A program made the position numbers and the translations under genes. A stretch of DNA of 64,000 nt from an uncultured Holophagae bacterium. Lineage in GTDB: Bacteria; Acidobacteriota; Thermoanaerobaculia; Thermoanaerobaculales; Sulfomarinibacteraceae. The notes beneath the pieces were generated by a model. The model made no database searches and was not told the DNA's origin. It saw only the letters and a program-made list of their open reading frames with translations. Below, piece after piece: positions 10,013 to 20,173 of this stretch; position 1 is the first letter of the stretch; each line of letters opens with the position of its first letter. The stretch is from assembly GCA_963801995.1 (NCBI GenBank), contig CAWDGW010000014.1:643393-707392 (forward strand), read 5' to 3'.

Positions 10013-12007
10013 ATGTCCACTCGACCCGCGGTGTTGGAATCGGAGCTCCGTGACCGCCTTCGATTCGAATCGATGCTCGCCGACCTTTCGTCGAAGTTCG
10101 TCAACCTCGAGCCGGCGAAGGTGGACCGCGAGATCGAGGATGCCCAGCGCCGGGTCTGCGAGTGCCTCGGCCTCGACATGTCGGACCTCTGGCAGCTGTC
10201 CCCCGACGAGCCCGGACGTCCTCCGTATGACCCACATCTATCGGCCGCTGGGAGGGCCTCCGGTTCCAGATGATTTCGATCTTCGGGAGGTCGCCCCATG
10301 GGCCCTTGGGCGTGTCCTGGCGGGAGAGGTCGTCTCGCTGCCCAGCATCGATGATGCGCCGGCCCAGGCGGCCTCGGACCTCGCGACATGGCGGCATTTC
10401 GGCGTCAAATCGTTGTTCAGTTTTCCGCTCTCCACGGGAGGAGAATCGGCTTTCGGCGTCGTGAGCTTCCACACCGTCGGAGGAACGCTTGTGGCCCGAC
10501 GAGATCGTGCAGCGGCTACAGCTGGTGTCCCAGATCTTCGCCAACGCCCTGGTGCGCAAGCGGGCGGACGCGGCGCTGTGCGAGAGCGCGGAGCGGTTGA
10601 AGCTGGCCGCCGAGGCCGCCGAGGTCGGGATGTGGATGCTCGACGGAGAGCGCAGCCGGTTCTGGGCGACCAAGAGGGCGCGTGAGATCTTCGGGTACCA
10701 GCCAGACGTTGATATCACCTTGGAGCGGTTCCTGGAGTCGGTCCACCCCTCCTGCCGTGAGCTGGTCACGGAGGCGGTGCGGCGGGCGGTGGAGGACGGG
10801 CGCGAGGTGGACATCGAGTACCGGATCGTGCTCCCCGACGGTCGCGAGCGGTGGGTCCACTCCCGCGGACGGATGCAGCCGGCGTCGGCCACGAAACCGG
10901 CACGACTGCTCGGCGTGTCGGTGGACGTGACCGAGCGCAGACTCGCGGAAGAGGAGCTCAGACAATCGTACGAGGATGTGCAGAAGCTCCGGCGCCAGCT
11001 CGAGCTCGAGAACGCACTACCTTCAGGAGAAATACCAGCTCCGGCACGGGAGCGGCCACATCGTTGGCGAGAGCCCGGCCATCATGGGGGTTCTCGAGCT
11101 GGTCGAGCAGGTTGCCCAAATGGGGACGACGGTCCTGATTGAGGGCGAGACCGGCACCGGCAAGGAACTGATCGCCCAACGGATCCACGAGCTGAGCGCC
11201 CAGAGCGGCCGGCAGATCGTCAAGGTCAACTGCGCCGCACTGCCGGCGACCCTGGTGGAGAGTGAGCTGTTCGGACGCGAGAAGGGCGCCTACACCGGGG
11301 CGGTCTCGCGGGAGCCCGGGCGCTTCGAAGTGGCGGACGGCTCGACCATTTTCCTCGACGAGATCGCCGAGCTACCGCTCGAGCTGCAGGTGAAGCTGCT
11401 GCGGGTGCTGGAGGAGGGCCAGTTCGAACGGGTCGGCAGCTCGCGCACCTTGACCACCGATGTCCGGGTGATTGCCGCCACCAACCGTGATCTCCGAGCC
11501 GAGGTGGATGCGGGGCGTTTCCGTCGCGACCTCTTTTTCCGACTTGCCGTCTTCCCGATCCGGGTACCGCCGCTGCGCGAACGCCGAGGTGATGTGCCCC
11601 TCCTCGTGTGGGCGATTGTGCAGGAATTCAGTGCCGGGATGAACAAGGCTGTGGAGACAATCCGGCGTTCGGACATGGAGCGATTGCAGCGTTACAACTG
11701 GCCAGGCAACGTCCGCGAGCTGCGGAACGTGATCGAGCGGGCAATGATTCTCTGCGCCGGTCCGACCCTGCGGATCAAGCCGCCGTCCGGGACCGTGTCC
11801 GAAGACGGCGAGGACGGTGCAGTGCTTTCAATGGATGAGGTCCAGCGCCGCCATATCCTCAAGGTGGTCGAGACCGCGGGGGGTCGTATTCGAGGCTCCG
11901 GCGGAGCGGCCGAACTTCTGGGCCTGAAGCCCACCACCCTGCGTTCGAGGATGCAGCGCCTCGGGATCGACCCGCGGCGGCTGCGGGACGAACGATCGTC
12001 CCCCTGA
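10013..12007 (+). pseudogene. Sigma-54-dependent transcriptional activator (GAF-like, PAS, AAA+, HTH) with 3 apparent frameshifts
   Basis: The protein is split over 4 frames (ORFs 10013-10273, 9933-10685, 10489-11142, 10976-12007). The AAA+ part is intact (GETGTGKE, GAYTGA, GGTIFLDEI, RVIAATN, WPGNVRELRN) and a C-terminal Fis-type HTH follows. Frame switches fall near 10211-10217, 10490 and 11000. Confidence 0.8.
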
Positions 12008-12119
12008 CGATATTTCGTCCCGACAGGAAGAGGTCTTGCTGATCCAACCGCGCGGCTGACAACGCACATACCCCTACTGGACAAAGGAATACGGAACCAA
12101 CCCGGCGAATATGCCTCGA

Positions 12120-12135
12120 TGGCACGCGGTGTGCA
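12120..12135 (+). promoter_or_regulatory. Sigma-54 (-24/-12) promoter
   Basis: TGGCACGCGGTGTGCA has GG and GC at the canonical spacing of TGGCAC-N5-TTGCW. It lies about 100 nt upstream of the 12234 start, directly after the EBP gene. Confidence 0.6.
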
Positions 12136-12233
12136 GTTTGTTCGTCGGGTTGACCTTCGGCCTGAAAGAGGAATCACAACTATCCGGACGGCGGCCGAGG
12201 CGCCCGGGCCGGCTCGACACACTGAAGGAGGAA

Positions 12234-13067
12234 ATGATGTTGAGGCAAAATTCGCGTTTCGCTCGAGGAGTCCCCTGGGTCAGGACCATGGCGGGCCTCG
12301 GGGTCTTTACGGTGGCACTGGCCATCGCACTGGGATTGGCGCCGGGGGTCGCGTCTGCGGGCGATACCGGCAAGTGGGGAGGAGCCATCGACCCCGACGC
12401 ATTGCAGGTCCTGAAGGAGATGACCGATTACCTCGGTGGCCTTGAACGGTTTTCGATGCACACCGAGAACACCTACGACGACGTGCTCGCAACGGATCAT
12501 AAGATCCAGTTTGGTTTCTCGTCCGACATCGTCATTCAACGACCCGACGGGCTGCGCGCGCATCGCTCCGACGGTTCTGTGGACCAGTTCTTCGTTTACG
12601 ACGGCACAACGCTCACCGTTCACGATGGTCACCACGATCTCTATGCCAGCGTTGCCGGTCCGGAAAATTTGGACGATCTTCTCCACTTCGCGCGCGACTA
12701 CCTCGACCTCATTCCGCCAGCCGGCGACATGGTCTTCTCGAACGCCTTTGAACTGCTGACGAGTGGCATCACGTCTGGTTTTGTCGTGGGCACATCGTTC
12801 GTGGGCGACGTGAGCTGCACCCACCTCGCCTTCACCACTCCGGTCGTGGATTGGCAGGTGTGGATCGCCGACGGTGACTCACCGTTGCCGTACAAGTACG
12901 TGTTGACCACCCGGGATGACCCCGCGCAGCCACAGTTCATCACGCGAATCAGCAACTGGGACACCGATCCGAAGATCGGCGACGACACCTTCGCCTTCGA
13001 TCCTTCGCCCACCGCGATGGAGATCGATTTCCTTTTTGTCGATGCCGGCTACTCGTCGGTTCCCTGA
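12234..13067 (+). CDS. DUF2092 (LolA-like) periplasmic protein
   Basis: An RBS AAGGAGGA precedes ATGATG. It has a signal peptide and the motifs LKEMTDYLGGLERFS, YDGTTLTV, CTHLAF..VDWQVWI and PLPYKYV. I chose a start downstream of the sigma-54 promoter. Confidence 0.65.
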   Translation: MMLRQNSRFARGVPWVRTMAGLGVFTVALAIALGLAPGVASAGDTGKWGGAIDPDALQVLKEMTDYLGGLERFSMHTENTYDDVLATDHKIQFGFSSDIVIQRPDGLRAHRSDGSVDQFFVYDGTTLTVHDGHHDLYASVAGPENLDDLLHFARDYLDLIPPAGDMVFSNAFELLTSGITSGFVVGTSFVGDVSCTHLAFTTPVVDWQVWIADGDSPLPYKYVLTTRDDPAQPQFITRISNWDTDPKIGDDTFAFDPSPTAMEIDFLFVDAGYSSVP

Positions 13068-13086
13068 GCAGGGACGGAGGCACATC

Positions 13087-13521
13087 ATGAAAAAACTCAT
13101 CGGAATCTTCTGCATCGTCGCTGCAATTGCTCTCATATTCCTCGTCGACCTGATTCCGCTCGGGTTCGTGCAGGATGCCGAGGCCATCGCCGGCGTGCGG
13201 CGCCGGACGGCGCGCCGGACCGCCGTCGTGGTGGGGAGCGCCTCCGCCGCTCAAGTCTCCTCGCCAACAGCCCAGGCAGCGGCCGCCCAGCAGGAGGCAC
13301 GCCACCGCCGACGCCAACGCCGCGGCGGCACGCCAGGCGAAGCCAACAGCAGCGGCGCGCCGCGCAGCAGCAGGCCGCGCGCGCCCGCGCCGACGGCGAT
13401 GGTCGCTTCGCTGCCGGCGGGTTGCGTCTCGGCCGGTGCGGTCTTCCAGTGCGGGAACGTCTACTACAAGCCGTACATGTCGGGCAGCCAGATCGTCTAC
13501 GGCGTCGTGCCGGGGCCGTAG
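13087..13521 (+). CDS. Small membrane-anchored hypothetical protein
   Basis: It has one N-terminal TM helix (MKKLIGIFCIVAAIALIFLV), an Arg/Ala-rich middle and a C-terminal CGNVYYKPYMSGSQIVYGVV. The middle may hide indels. Confidence 0.4.
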   Translation: MKKLIGIFCIVAAIALIFLVDLIPLGFVQDAEAIAGVRRRTARRTAVVVGSASAAQVSSPTAQAAAAQQEARHRRRQRRGGTPGEANSSGAPRSSRPRAPAPTAMVASLPAGCVSAGAVFQCGNVYYKPYMSGSQIVYGVVPGP

Positions 13522-13674
13522 GCCCAACGGATCCACGGGGTGCCTTGGAGTGGGGAGACACGCCAGGCGTCGGTGCGGGCGCCGGGGGTGGGCGTGACCC
13601 CCATCGCCAGGGTTGGCGCGCGGCGATAGGATCCGCAAGCCCGAAAGGAACCCCCCCTCCGACCGGATCGTGAG

Positions 13675-14907
13675 TTGTCAGGCATCGAAAATGGAGAAAC
13701 GAATGGAGCTCCGGAGACTGATTGCGATGACAATACCGTGAATGAACAAGAGCGACCGGTGCCCGACATCGAGGGGCTGTTCGGGCTGGGCGGGGGGCGC
13801 GTCAGCCGTGGCCTGGAAAGACTGCAGCTGGCGCGTGGAGCCCGCCTTCGAGCCGGGCGGGTGGCGGTGCTTCTGGCAGCGGTGACGTGGGTTCCGCTGC
13901 TGGTCCTGGCGGCCATCGAAGGCGTCGCCTGGGGCGGCGCGGTCCAGGTGCCCCTGGTGCGGGACTATCTGCCATATGGACAACTCCTGATCGCGGTTCC
14001 GGTGCTGGTTCTCGGTGAGTTGGCAGTCGGGCGATACCTCATCCGGGCAGTGGCGGAGCTGCGGACCTCCGAGGTCCTCGATCCCAAGGACACGCCCGCT
14101 CTGGACGCGGTCCTGACGAGCACCGCCCGGCGCTGGCGCGGACGGAGCGTCGACCTCGTGCTTCTGTTCCTGACCTGCGCCGCAACCGTGGTGTCGTTGT
14201 GGGGAGCGAAGGAATGGCTCACCGGCGGGTGGCAGGTCGCCGGCGAAGGAATGACCCTGGCGGGGTGGTGGTACCTGCTGATCAGCCTGCCGGTGATGCG
14301 CTTTCTCGCCCTGCGCTGGCTGTGGCGGCTGCTGCTGTGGGCGTGGGTCCTGTGGAGGGTCTCGCGTCTCGAGCTGCACCCGCGCCCGGCCCACCCCGAC
14401 CGGGCGGGTGGCCTCGGCTTTCTGGGCGGGACGCAGGCAGCGTTCGGGGTGTTCGTGTTCGCCTTCGGGGTGCAGCTGTCGTGTCTCATCGCCGACGCGG
14501 TCCATTTTCGGGGAGCGGAGATGGTGGCCTTCCGCGGGCAGGTGATCGCCTTCGTGGTGATCGTGGTCGTGGTGCTGCTGATGCCGTTGCTGGTCTTCGC
14601 GCCAAAGCTGGTTCGGGCGCGGGAGGAGCAGCTGCTGTTTCTGAGCGGCAGCGGGCACCGCGGCGCGGGCGATCTGGACCGGAAGCTGCGCGCGAGCCGG
14701 GCCGGGGAACTCCCGTCGGAGGCCGTCTCGGGGCTGACCGACTTCAGCGTCTTGTACGAAAACGCGCGCCTGATGAAGCCCGTACCGCTCGAGATGCAAC
14801 ACCTTTTGGCGCTGGTGTTGGCGGCGGTGGCGCCCTTCCTGCCACTGGTCTTCCTGGCCATGCCGGCCCGGGAGGTTGTGCGAACGCTGGTCAGGTTGGT
14901 CTTTTGA
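13675..14907 (+). CDS. Hypothetical polytopic membrane protein
   Basis: 410-aa ORF with several hydrophobic helices, in the same operon direction as DUF2092. The start (TTG at 13675) is uncertain. Confidence 0.45.
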   Translation: MSGIENGETNGAPETDCDDNTVNEQERPVPDIEGLFGLGGGRVSRGLERLQLARGARLRAGRVAVLLAAVTWVPLLVLAAIEGVAWGGAVQVPLVRDYLPYGQLLIAVPVLVLGELAVGRYLIRAVAELRTSEVLDPKDTPALDAVLTSTARRWRGRSVDLVLLFLTCAATVVSLWGAKEWLTGGWQVAGEGMTLAGWWYLLISLPVMRFLALRWLWRLLLWAWVLWRVSRLELHPRPAHPDRAGGLGFLGGTQAAFGVFVFAFGVQLSCLIADAVHFRGAEMVAFRGQVIAFVVIVVVVLLMPLLVFAPKLVRAREEQLLFLSGSGHRGAGDLDRKLRASRAGELPSEAVSGLTDFSVLYENARLMKPVPLEMQHLLALVLAAVAPFLPLVFLAMPAREVVRTLVRLVF

Positions 14908-15064
14908 TGGTGTGGTCACGAATCGCCTCGGGACGATTCCACTTCGATCGAACGATATTTCGTCTCCGGCATCCGCAGCGCGCCGGAGGAGCCCGTTGCC
15001 GATTCTCAATTCATCTTTCTGCATCACAAAGAGTTCGGAGACGTCGCGTGAGTGGAGCGCCGGG

Positions 15065-15080
15065 TGGCACAATTCGTGCG
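15065..15080 (+). promoter_or_regulatory. Sigma-54 (-24/-12) promoter
   Basis: TGGCACAATTCGTGCG has GG and GC at canonical spacing, about 75 nt upstream of the 15155 start. Confidence 0.6.
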
Positions 15081-15154
15081 GTAGTCGGCAGACACGAGGT
15101 GCGTTCCGGGTTCGCGGGACTTCCGCACCGGAGGAAGTTCTGGGAGGTGAGTCA

Positions 15155-15898
15155 ATGAAATCATGGTCAGCTTTGGCGGCGATTGCGGCAGCCGTCGTTG
15201 TCCTGGTCGCACCACAGGCGGCGGCCCAGTCGAGCTCGAATGAATGGCAATTCGCCCTCGCACCCTACCTGTGGGCGGCGGGCATCGACGGTTCGATCAC
15301 CGTCGCGGACAGCGAGGCGGACATCGATGCCCCGTTCAGTACCATCATCGACAATCTGGACTTCGCTCTGATGGGCCATTTCGATATGAGGAACGACCGC
15401 TGGGTGCTCTCTTCGGACCTGATCTTCGTGGATCTGGAGCACAGCGAGGACGTCACCGAAGGGACGGTGAAAGCGGGCATGGACATGACCCTGGTCGAGG
15501 TCGCCGGCGGCTATCGCGTCTCGTCCGCCGTCGCCCTTCTCGCTGGCGCCCGCTGGGTCGACATAGGGACCAGTCTTCGCTACACCGGAGAGTTCGAAGA
15601 CGATGAGGCCAAGGCGGGCAAGAGCTGGATCGATCCGCTGGTGGGCGTCAACGTGTTCGCGCCGCTGTCCGAGCGATGGTGGCTCGGTCTCCGCGGCGAT
15701 GTCGGCGGCTTTGGCGTCGGGTCGGAGCTGACCTGGCAGGCATACGCCGACATCGGCTTCAAGGCTTCCGATCTGGTGTCGATCATCCTCGGCTATCGTG
15801 CCATCGACATGGACTACGAGGACGGCAGCGGGCTCCACCATGTCGCCCTCGACATTCTGATGTCCGGCCCGCAACTCGGCGTGGCCTTCACCTTCTGA
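15155..15898 (+). CDS. Outer-membrane beta-barrel protein
   Basis: RBS GGGAGGTGA, a signal peptide ending in AAAQ, an alternating beta-strand pattern, and a C-terminal ..LGVAFTF with terminal Phe. Confidence 0.6.
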   Translation: MKSWSALAAIAAAVVVLVAPQAAAQSSSNEWQFALAPYLWAAGIDGSITVADSEADIDAPFSTIIDNLDFALMGHFDMRNDRWVLSSDLIFVDLEHSEDVTEGTVKAGMDMTLVEVAGGYRVSSAVALLAGARWVDIGTSLRYTGEFEDDEAKAGKSWIDPLVGVNVFAPLSERWWLGLRGDVGGFGVGSELTWQAYADIGFKASDLVSIILGYRAIDMDYEDGSGLHHVALDILMSGPQLGVAFTF

Positions 15899-15935
15899 GA
15901 CGGCCCCAAGGGAAGAGGAAAGGAGGCACCGCGAC

Positions 15936-16292
15936 ATGCTCATCTTTCGATTGCACATGGAGTTCGCGCCGCATGCCCGTGACGAGGCGGCCGCGGTACT
16001 GCGCTCCCTGGTCGGGCCGATCCGGTCCGAACCCGGCTGCAGCGCGACGCGGCTCCTGATGGACACTGAAGACGGCCCCGGGCTCACCTGGGCTGAGGAG
16101 TGGCGCAGCGTCGAGGATTTCGAGCAGCACCTCCGGACGACAGCCTTCCGCCAGATCCTGGCGGTCATCGAACTGGCCGCCGAGCCGCCGGTGGTCGAGA
16201 TCGACGACGTGACCTCACGGCGTGGCTTCGAGCTCGTCGAGGAGATCCTCGGTCTGACCCCGGCCGAGCGCACCCGGCATGAAACCGCCTGA
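15936..16292 (+). CDS. ABM-like (dimeric alpha/beta-barrel) small protein, paralog of 45168-45518
   Basis: 118 aa. The pattern GC..trl...........W.EEWRS.EDFEQHLRT.AFRQILAVIEL is shared with the second copy (WHQWWRSERQLENHLGSVAFRTLLGAIKTL). Confidence 0.45.
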   Translation: MLIFRLHMEFAPHARDEAAAVLRSLVGPIRSEPGCSATRLLMDTEDGPGLTWAEEWRSVEDFEQHLRTTAFRQILAVIELAAEPPVVEIDDVTSRRGFELVEEILGLTPAERTRHETA

Positions 16293-16332
16293 CGTGACGA
16301 TGATCGATCTCGAGACGAAAGGGAGAACAGAC

Positions 16333-16809
16333 ATGGGTACCACAGGACGATGGGGGCGCGAGGTTGTGGTCGCGGTTTTCGCGGTGGCGCTGGGGTTTTC
16401 GGCCCGGGTGCTGGTGGCAGACGACCTCACCGGGTCTGCCCGTTTCCTATGCGTCCCCGTCCAGGCTACGGTGTGCGTCGAGGACGGCGAATGCGCGGTC
16501 GACCTGCCGTGGAACCTCAACATCCCGCAGTTCATCGAGGTGGACCTCGAGGCGAAGTGGCTCTCCACAACCACGGCCAGCGGCCAAAACCGGGCCACGC
16601 CCATCGAGCACCTGAGCCGGGGCAGCGGGACCATCGTCTTCCACGGCTTCGAGATGGGACGGGCTTTCAGCTGGGTGATCAGCGAGGGAACCGGCCGGGT
16701 CACGGCCGCCGTCGCGACCGATGGTATTGCGGTCGCTGTGTTCGGCGCCTGCACGCCGCTGGCGGAGGCCTCCCAGCCCGACGGCACGAGAAAGGACGCG
16801 ACGCGATGA
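16333..16809 (+). CDS. Hypothetical secreted protein
   Basis: An RBS-like AAGGGAGAA lies upstream of the ATG. There is an N-terminal hydrophobic segment. I recognise no family. Confidence 0.35.
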   Translation: MGTTGRWGREVVVAVFAVALGFSARVLVADDLTGSARFLCVPVQATVCVEDGECAVDLPWNLNIPQFIEVDLEAKWLSTTTASGQNRATPIEHLSRGSGTIVFHGFEMGRAFSWVISEGTGRVTAAVATDGIAVAVFGACTPLAEASQPDGTRKDATR

Positions 16810-17378
16810 ATTTCAAAACCGCATTCGTCGCCGGGTTGATCGCTGCGTTCGTCGGGTCAGCCACGGCGCAGACCCAACAGGCGTCCTCCCAGCCGGCGCA
16901 GCAGAAGAGCCTCGCCGCGACCATCAACGTCTACGTCTTCCCCACCGAGGGACAGACGCCCGAGCAGCAGTCGACCGAGGAGGCCGCGTGTTACAGCTGG
17001 GCGGTCCAGAACACCGGCAGCGATCCCTTCGCGCTGCAGAAACAGTCGCAGCAGCAGCAGCAACAGGCCGATCAGGCGCAGCAGCAGATCGCCCAGTCCG
17101 GCAAGGGCGCTGGTGCCGTGGGCGCAGTGGGTGGGGCGGCCGCGGGAGCGCTGATCGGCGAAATCGCCAGCGACGATGCCGGCAAGGGCGCCGCCTACGG
17201 TGCGGCAGCCGGCCTCATCATCGCCCGCCGCAGGGCACGCATGGCGAAGAGCGAGGCCAGCCAGCAGGTCGAACAGCAAAGTCAGCAGGCGCAGCAGGCC
17301 ACGGCCGAGCAGATCGAGAACTTCAAGAAGGCCTTCAGCGTTTGTCTGGAGGCCAAGAAATATATGGTCAAGTACTGA
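16806..17378 (+). CDS. Glycine-zipper (YMGG-like) protein with signal peptide
   Basis: ATGA overlap with the previous gene. It has a signal peptide, a Gln-rich linker and the glycine zipper GAGAVGAVGGAAAGALIGEI..GKGAAYGAAAGLII. Confidence 0.5.
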   Translation: MNFKTAFVAGLIAAFVGSATAQTQQASSQPAQQKSLAATINVYVFPTEGQTPEQQSTEEAACYSWAVQNTGSDPFALQKQSQQQQQQADQAQQQIAQSGKGAGAVGAVGGAAAGALIGEIASDDAGKGAAYGAAAGLIIARRRARMAKSEASQQVEQQSQQAQQATAEQIENFKKAFSVCLEAKKYMVKY

Positions 17379-17457
17379 ACCGGCCGCGTGGGCTCGAAAC
17401 TCGCGGGAAACTCCGCTCGCTTCGACGCCAGCCCACCCGGCAGAGGAGGAGGTCAGA

Positions 17458-19974
17458 ATGAAAAGACGTGCATTTCTGTACAGGTTCGTGGTGCTCGGAT
17501 TATTGATGGTCCTCGCGACCGCGCTCCCGGCCAGCGCCCAGGAAGTGACGGGCACGCCCGGCTCGCCCAGCGCCACCACGACCATCGACGGCAAACAGCT
17601 GCCGCCGCCGCCCGACACGGCGTTCGGCGGCAAGATTGAACGCAATGTTATTGATTCGACACCCTACTGGCCGCCTCGTGTGGTGCCGCCGAAGGGTGCG
17701 CCCAACATTCTTCTGATCATGACCGACGACGCGGGTTATGGTGTGTCCAGCACCTTCGGGGGCGTCATCCCCACGCCGGCAATGGATCGTATTGCCGACA
17801 ATGGTCTCCGCTACACCCACTTCCATTCCACGTCTGTGTGCTCGCCGACGCGGGCGGCGCTCATCACGGGGCGGAACCATCACCAGGTTGGCACTGGTTC
17901 GATTCCGGAGTTGTCGACCGGCTACCCCGGCTACAACAGCATCATGACCAAGGACAAGGCGACGATTGCCAGAATCCTCAAGGGTCACGGCTACGTGACG
18001 TCCTGGTTCGGCAAGAATCACAATACGCCGGATCTCCAGGTCAGCAAGATCGGGCCGTATGATCAGTGGCCCATCGGTCTGGGCTTCGATTATTTCTACG
18101 GGTTCATGGGCGGTGATACCAGCCAGTGGCAGCCGGGCAATCTGGTCCGCAACACGACCTATATCTACCCATTCGATGACGATCCCGACTTCAACCTGGT
18201 CACGGCAATGGCGGATGACGCGATTGACTACATGAAGACCGTTGATGCGCTCAATCCGGATCAACCCTTCTTCATTTATTATGCGCCCGGCGCAACCCAT
18301 GCGCCGCATCACCCGACACCGGAGTGGATCGAAAAGATCAGCGAGATGCACCTTTTCGACGATGGCTGGCACAAGCTGCGCGAAACGATCTTCGCCAACC
18401 AGAAGAGGCTCGGTGTGATACCGGCGGATGCCAAGCTGACGCCGTGGCCCAAGGATCTGATCAAGGAATGGGATCAGCTCTCAGACCTCGAGAAGAAGCT
18501 GTTCATCAAACAGGCGGATGTATTCGCCGCCTACGTTGCCTACACCGATCATGAAATCGGTCGCGTGATCCAGACGGTCGAGGATTTGGGCAAGCTCGAC
18601 AACACCCTGATCATCTACATCACCGGCGACAACGGCACCAGCTCGGAAGGCGGGCTGACCGGTACGCCGAACGAAGTCGCATCGGTTCAGGGCGTGCATC
18701 TGCCGGTGGAGGCGCAGATGCAATTCTACGACGCGTGGGGGTCAGACAGGACCTACCCGCACATGTCGGTGGGCTGGACCTGGGCCTTTGGCACGCCGTT
18801 CTCGTGGACCAAGATGGTGAGCTCGCACTTTGGCGGCACCAAACAGGGCACGGCCATTTCCTGGCCGAAGGTGATCAAGGACAAGGGCGGCATCCGCAAC
18901 CAGTTCCATCATGTCGTTGACATTGCACCGACCCTTCTCGAAGCGACCGGGATTCCACTGCCCGAGGTGGTTGACGGCATCAAGCAGAATCCCATGGAAG
19001 GCGTCAGCATGGTCTACACCTTCGATGAGAAGAACGCGGATGCGCCCTCAACGCACACAACCCAGTATTTCGAGATGATCGGTGACCACGCGATCTACCA
19101 CGATGGCTGGATCCTCAGCACCAAGGTCATGCGTGTCCCGTGGGACAACAGCGGAACGGCCGACAAGGATCCTGCATCCTGGCCGTGGGAACTGTACGAC
19201 CTCAGCAAGGACTGGACACAGTACAACGATGTGTCGGCTCAGTATCCTGAAAAAGTCAAGGAGCTGGAAAAACTGTTCTGGGAGGAAGCGGAGCGGAATC
19301 AGGTGTTGCCGATGGATACCACCACTTTCACCCGTTCGATTCTGCCTCGGCCCAACCTGACGGCCGGCCGCACTGTTTTTACCTATGCCGGGGAAGTCAC
19401 GGGCACGCCCAACGGCAATGCGCCGAATGTTCTGGCCTCCTCCTACAACATCAAGGCCGAGGTCGAGGTTCCCGAGGGTGGTGCCGAAGGCATGCTGGTG
19501 ACCCATGGCGGCCGCTTTACCGGCTACGGTTTCTATTTGCTGAACGGCAAGCCGGTCTATACCTGGAACCTGATGGGACTCAAGTTGGTCAAGTGGGAAG
19601 GCCCGGACGTGCTGGCCCCCGGCAAGCACACGCTTGAATTCGACTTCAAATACGATGGTTTGGGCGCCGCCACACTGCAGTACGGAAGCCCCAGCGGCCT
19701 GGGCCGCAGCGGAACCGGCGAACTCAAGGTGGACGGGAAAGTCGTTGCGACGCAGAAGATGGAAAAGACCGTGCCGATGCTCATGCAATGGTGCGAAAAT
19801 TTCGACGTGGGGGCCGATACCGGCTCGCCGGTCGCCGACGAGGACTATCAGCCTCCGTTCCGGTTTACCGGCAAGCTCGACAAGCTGACGCTGACCATCG
19901 ACCGGCCGAAGCTCTCGCCGGAGGACATCAAGAAGCTCGAGACGGCCATGCACAACAACTCGGCGAGCGACTAG
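17458..19974 (+). CDS. Arylsulfatase (formylglycine-dependent sulfatase family), Tat-type signal
   Basis: RBS GGAGGAGG. The signal is MKRRAFLYRF (twin-Arg). Motifs include ILLIMTDDAGYG, the active-site motif SVCSPTRAALITGRN and GKNHN. 838 aa counted from this start. Confidence 0.85.
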   Translation: MKRRAFLYRFVVLGLLMVLATALPASAQEVTGTPGSPSATTTIDGKQLPPPPDTAFGGKIERNVIDSTPYWPPRVVPPKGAPNILLIMTDDAGYGVSSTFGGVIPTPAMDRIADNGLRYTHFHSTSVCSPTRAALITGRNHHQVGTGSIPELSTGYPGYNSIMTKDKATIARILKGHGYVTSWFGKNHNTPDLQVSKIGPYDQWPIGLGFDYFYGFMGGDTSQWQPGNLVRNTTYIYPFDDDPDFNLVTAMADDAIDYMKTVDALNPDQPFFIYYAPGATHAPHHPTPEWIEKISEMHLFDDGWHKLRETIFANQKRLGVIPADAKLTPWPKDLIKEWDQLSDLEKKLFIKQADVFAAYVAYTDHEIGRVIQTVEDLGKLDNTLIIYITGDNGTSSEGGLTGTPNEVASVQGVHLPVEAQMQFYDAWGSDRTYPHMSVGWTWAFGTPFSWTKMVSSHFGGTKQGTAISWPKVIKDKGGIRNQFHHVVDIAPTLLEATGIPLPEVVDGIKQNPMEGVSMVYTFDEKNADAPSTHTTQYFEMIGDHAIYHDGWILSTKVMRVPWDNSGTADKDPASWPWELYDLSKDWTQYNDVSAQYPEKVKELEKLFWEEAERNQVLPMDTTTFTRSILPRPNLTAGRTVFTYAGEVTGTPNGNAPNVLASSYNIKAEVEVPEGGAEGMLVTHGGRFTGYGFYLLNGKPVYTWNLMGLKLVKWEGPDVLAPGKHTLEFDFKYDGLGAATLQYGSPSGLGRSGTGELKVDGKVVATQKMEKTVPMLMQWCENFDVGADTGSPVADEDYQPPFRFTGKLDKLTLTIDRPKLSPEDIKKLETAMHNNSASD

Positions 19975-19986
19975 CTCGATGAACCG

Positions 19987-20009
19987 CTCTCGGCGCTGTG
20001 CGCCGAGAG
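19987..20009 (+). terminator. Stem-loop downstream of the sulfatase gene
   Basis: CTCTCGGCGC-TGT-GCGCCGAGAG forms a 10-bp perfect stem. No U-tract follows. Confidence 0.35.
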
Positions 20010-20173
20010 CCTCATGAAAGGGAGACCAACAGCGGCTCTGGAGAACTCGAATTGACAGCCGGCGTGGGGCGCCCCGGTTGCAGGAACTCTTCGCGTCCGA
20101 CATTCAGATGGTGTCGGGTCCACGGGTTTGGCCACGCGTGGACGATGGTCCACCGAGTCTGGAAGGAGGCATC

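Noticed and set aside
13175-13420. A possible frameshift or separate gene within the Arg/Ala-rich middle of the small protein 13087-13521.
   Set aside because: All three frames are low-complexity here and I have no homolog in mind to decide between them. I left it as a single low-confidence CDS.
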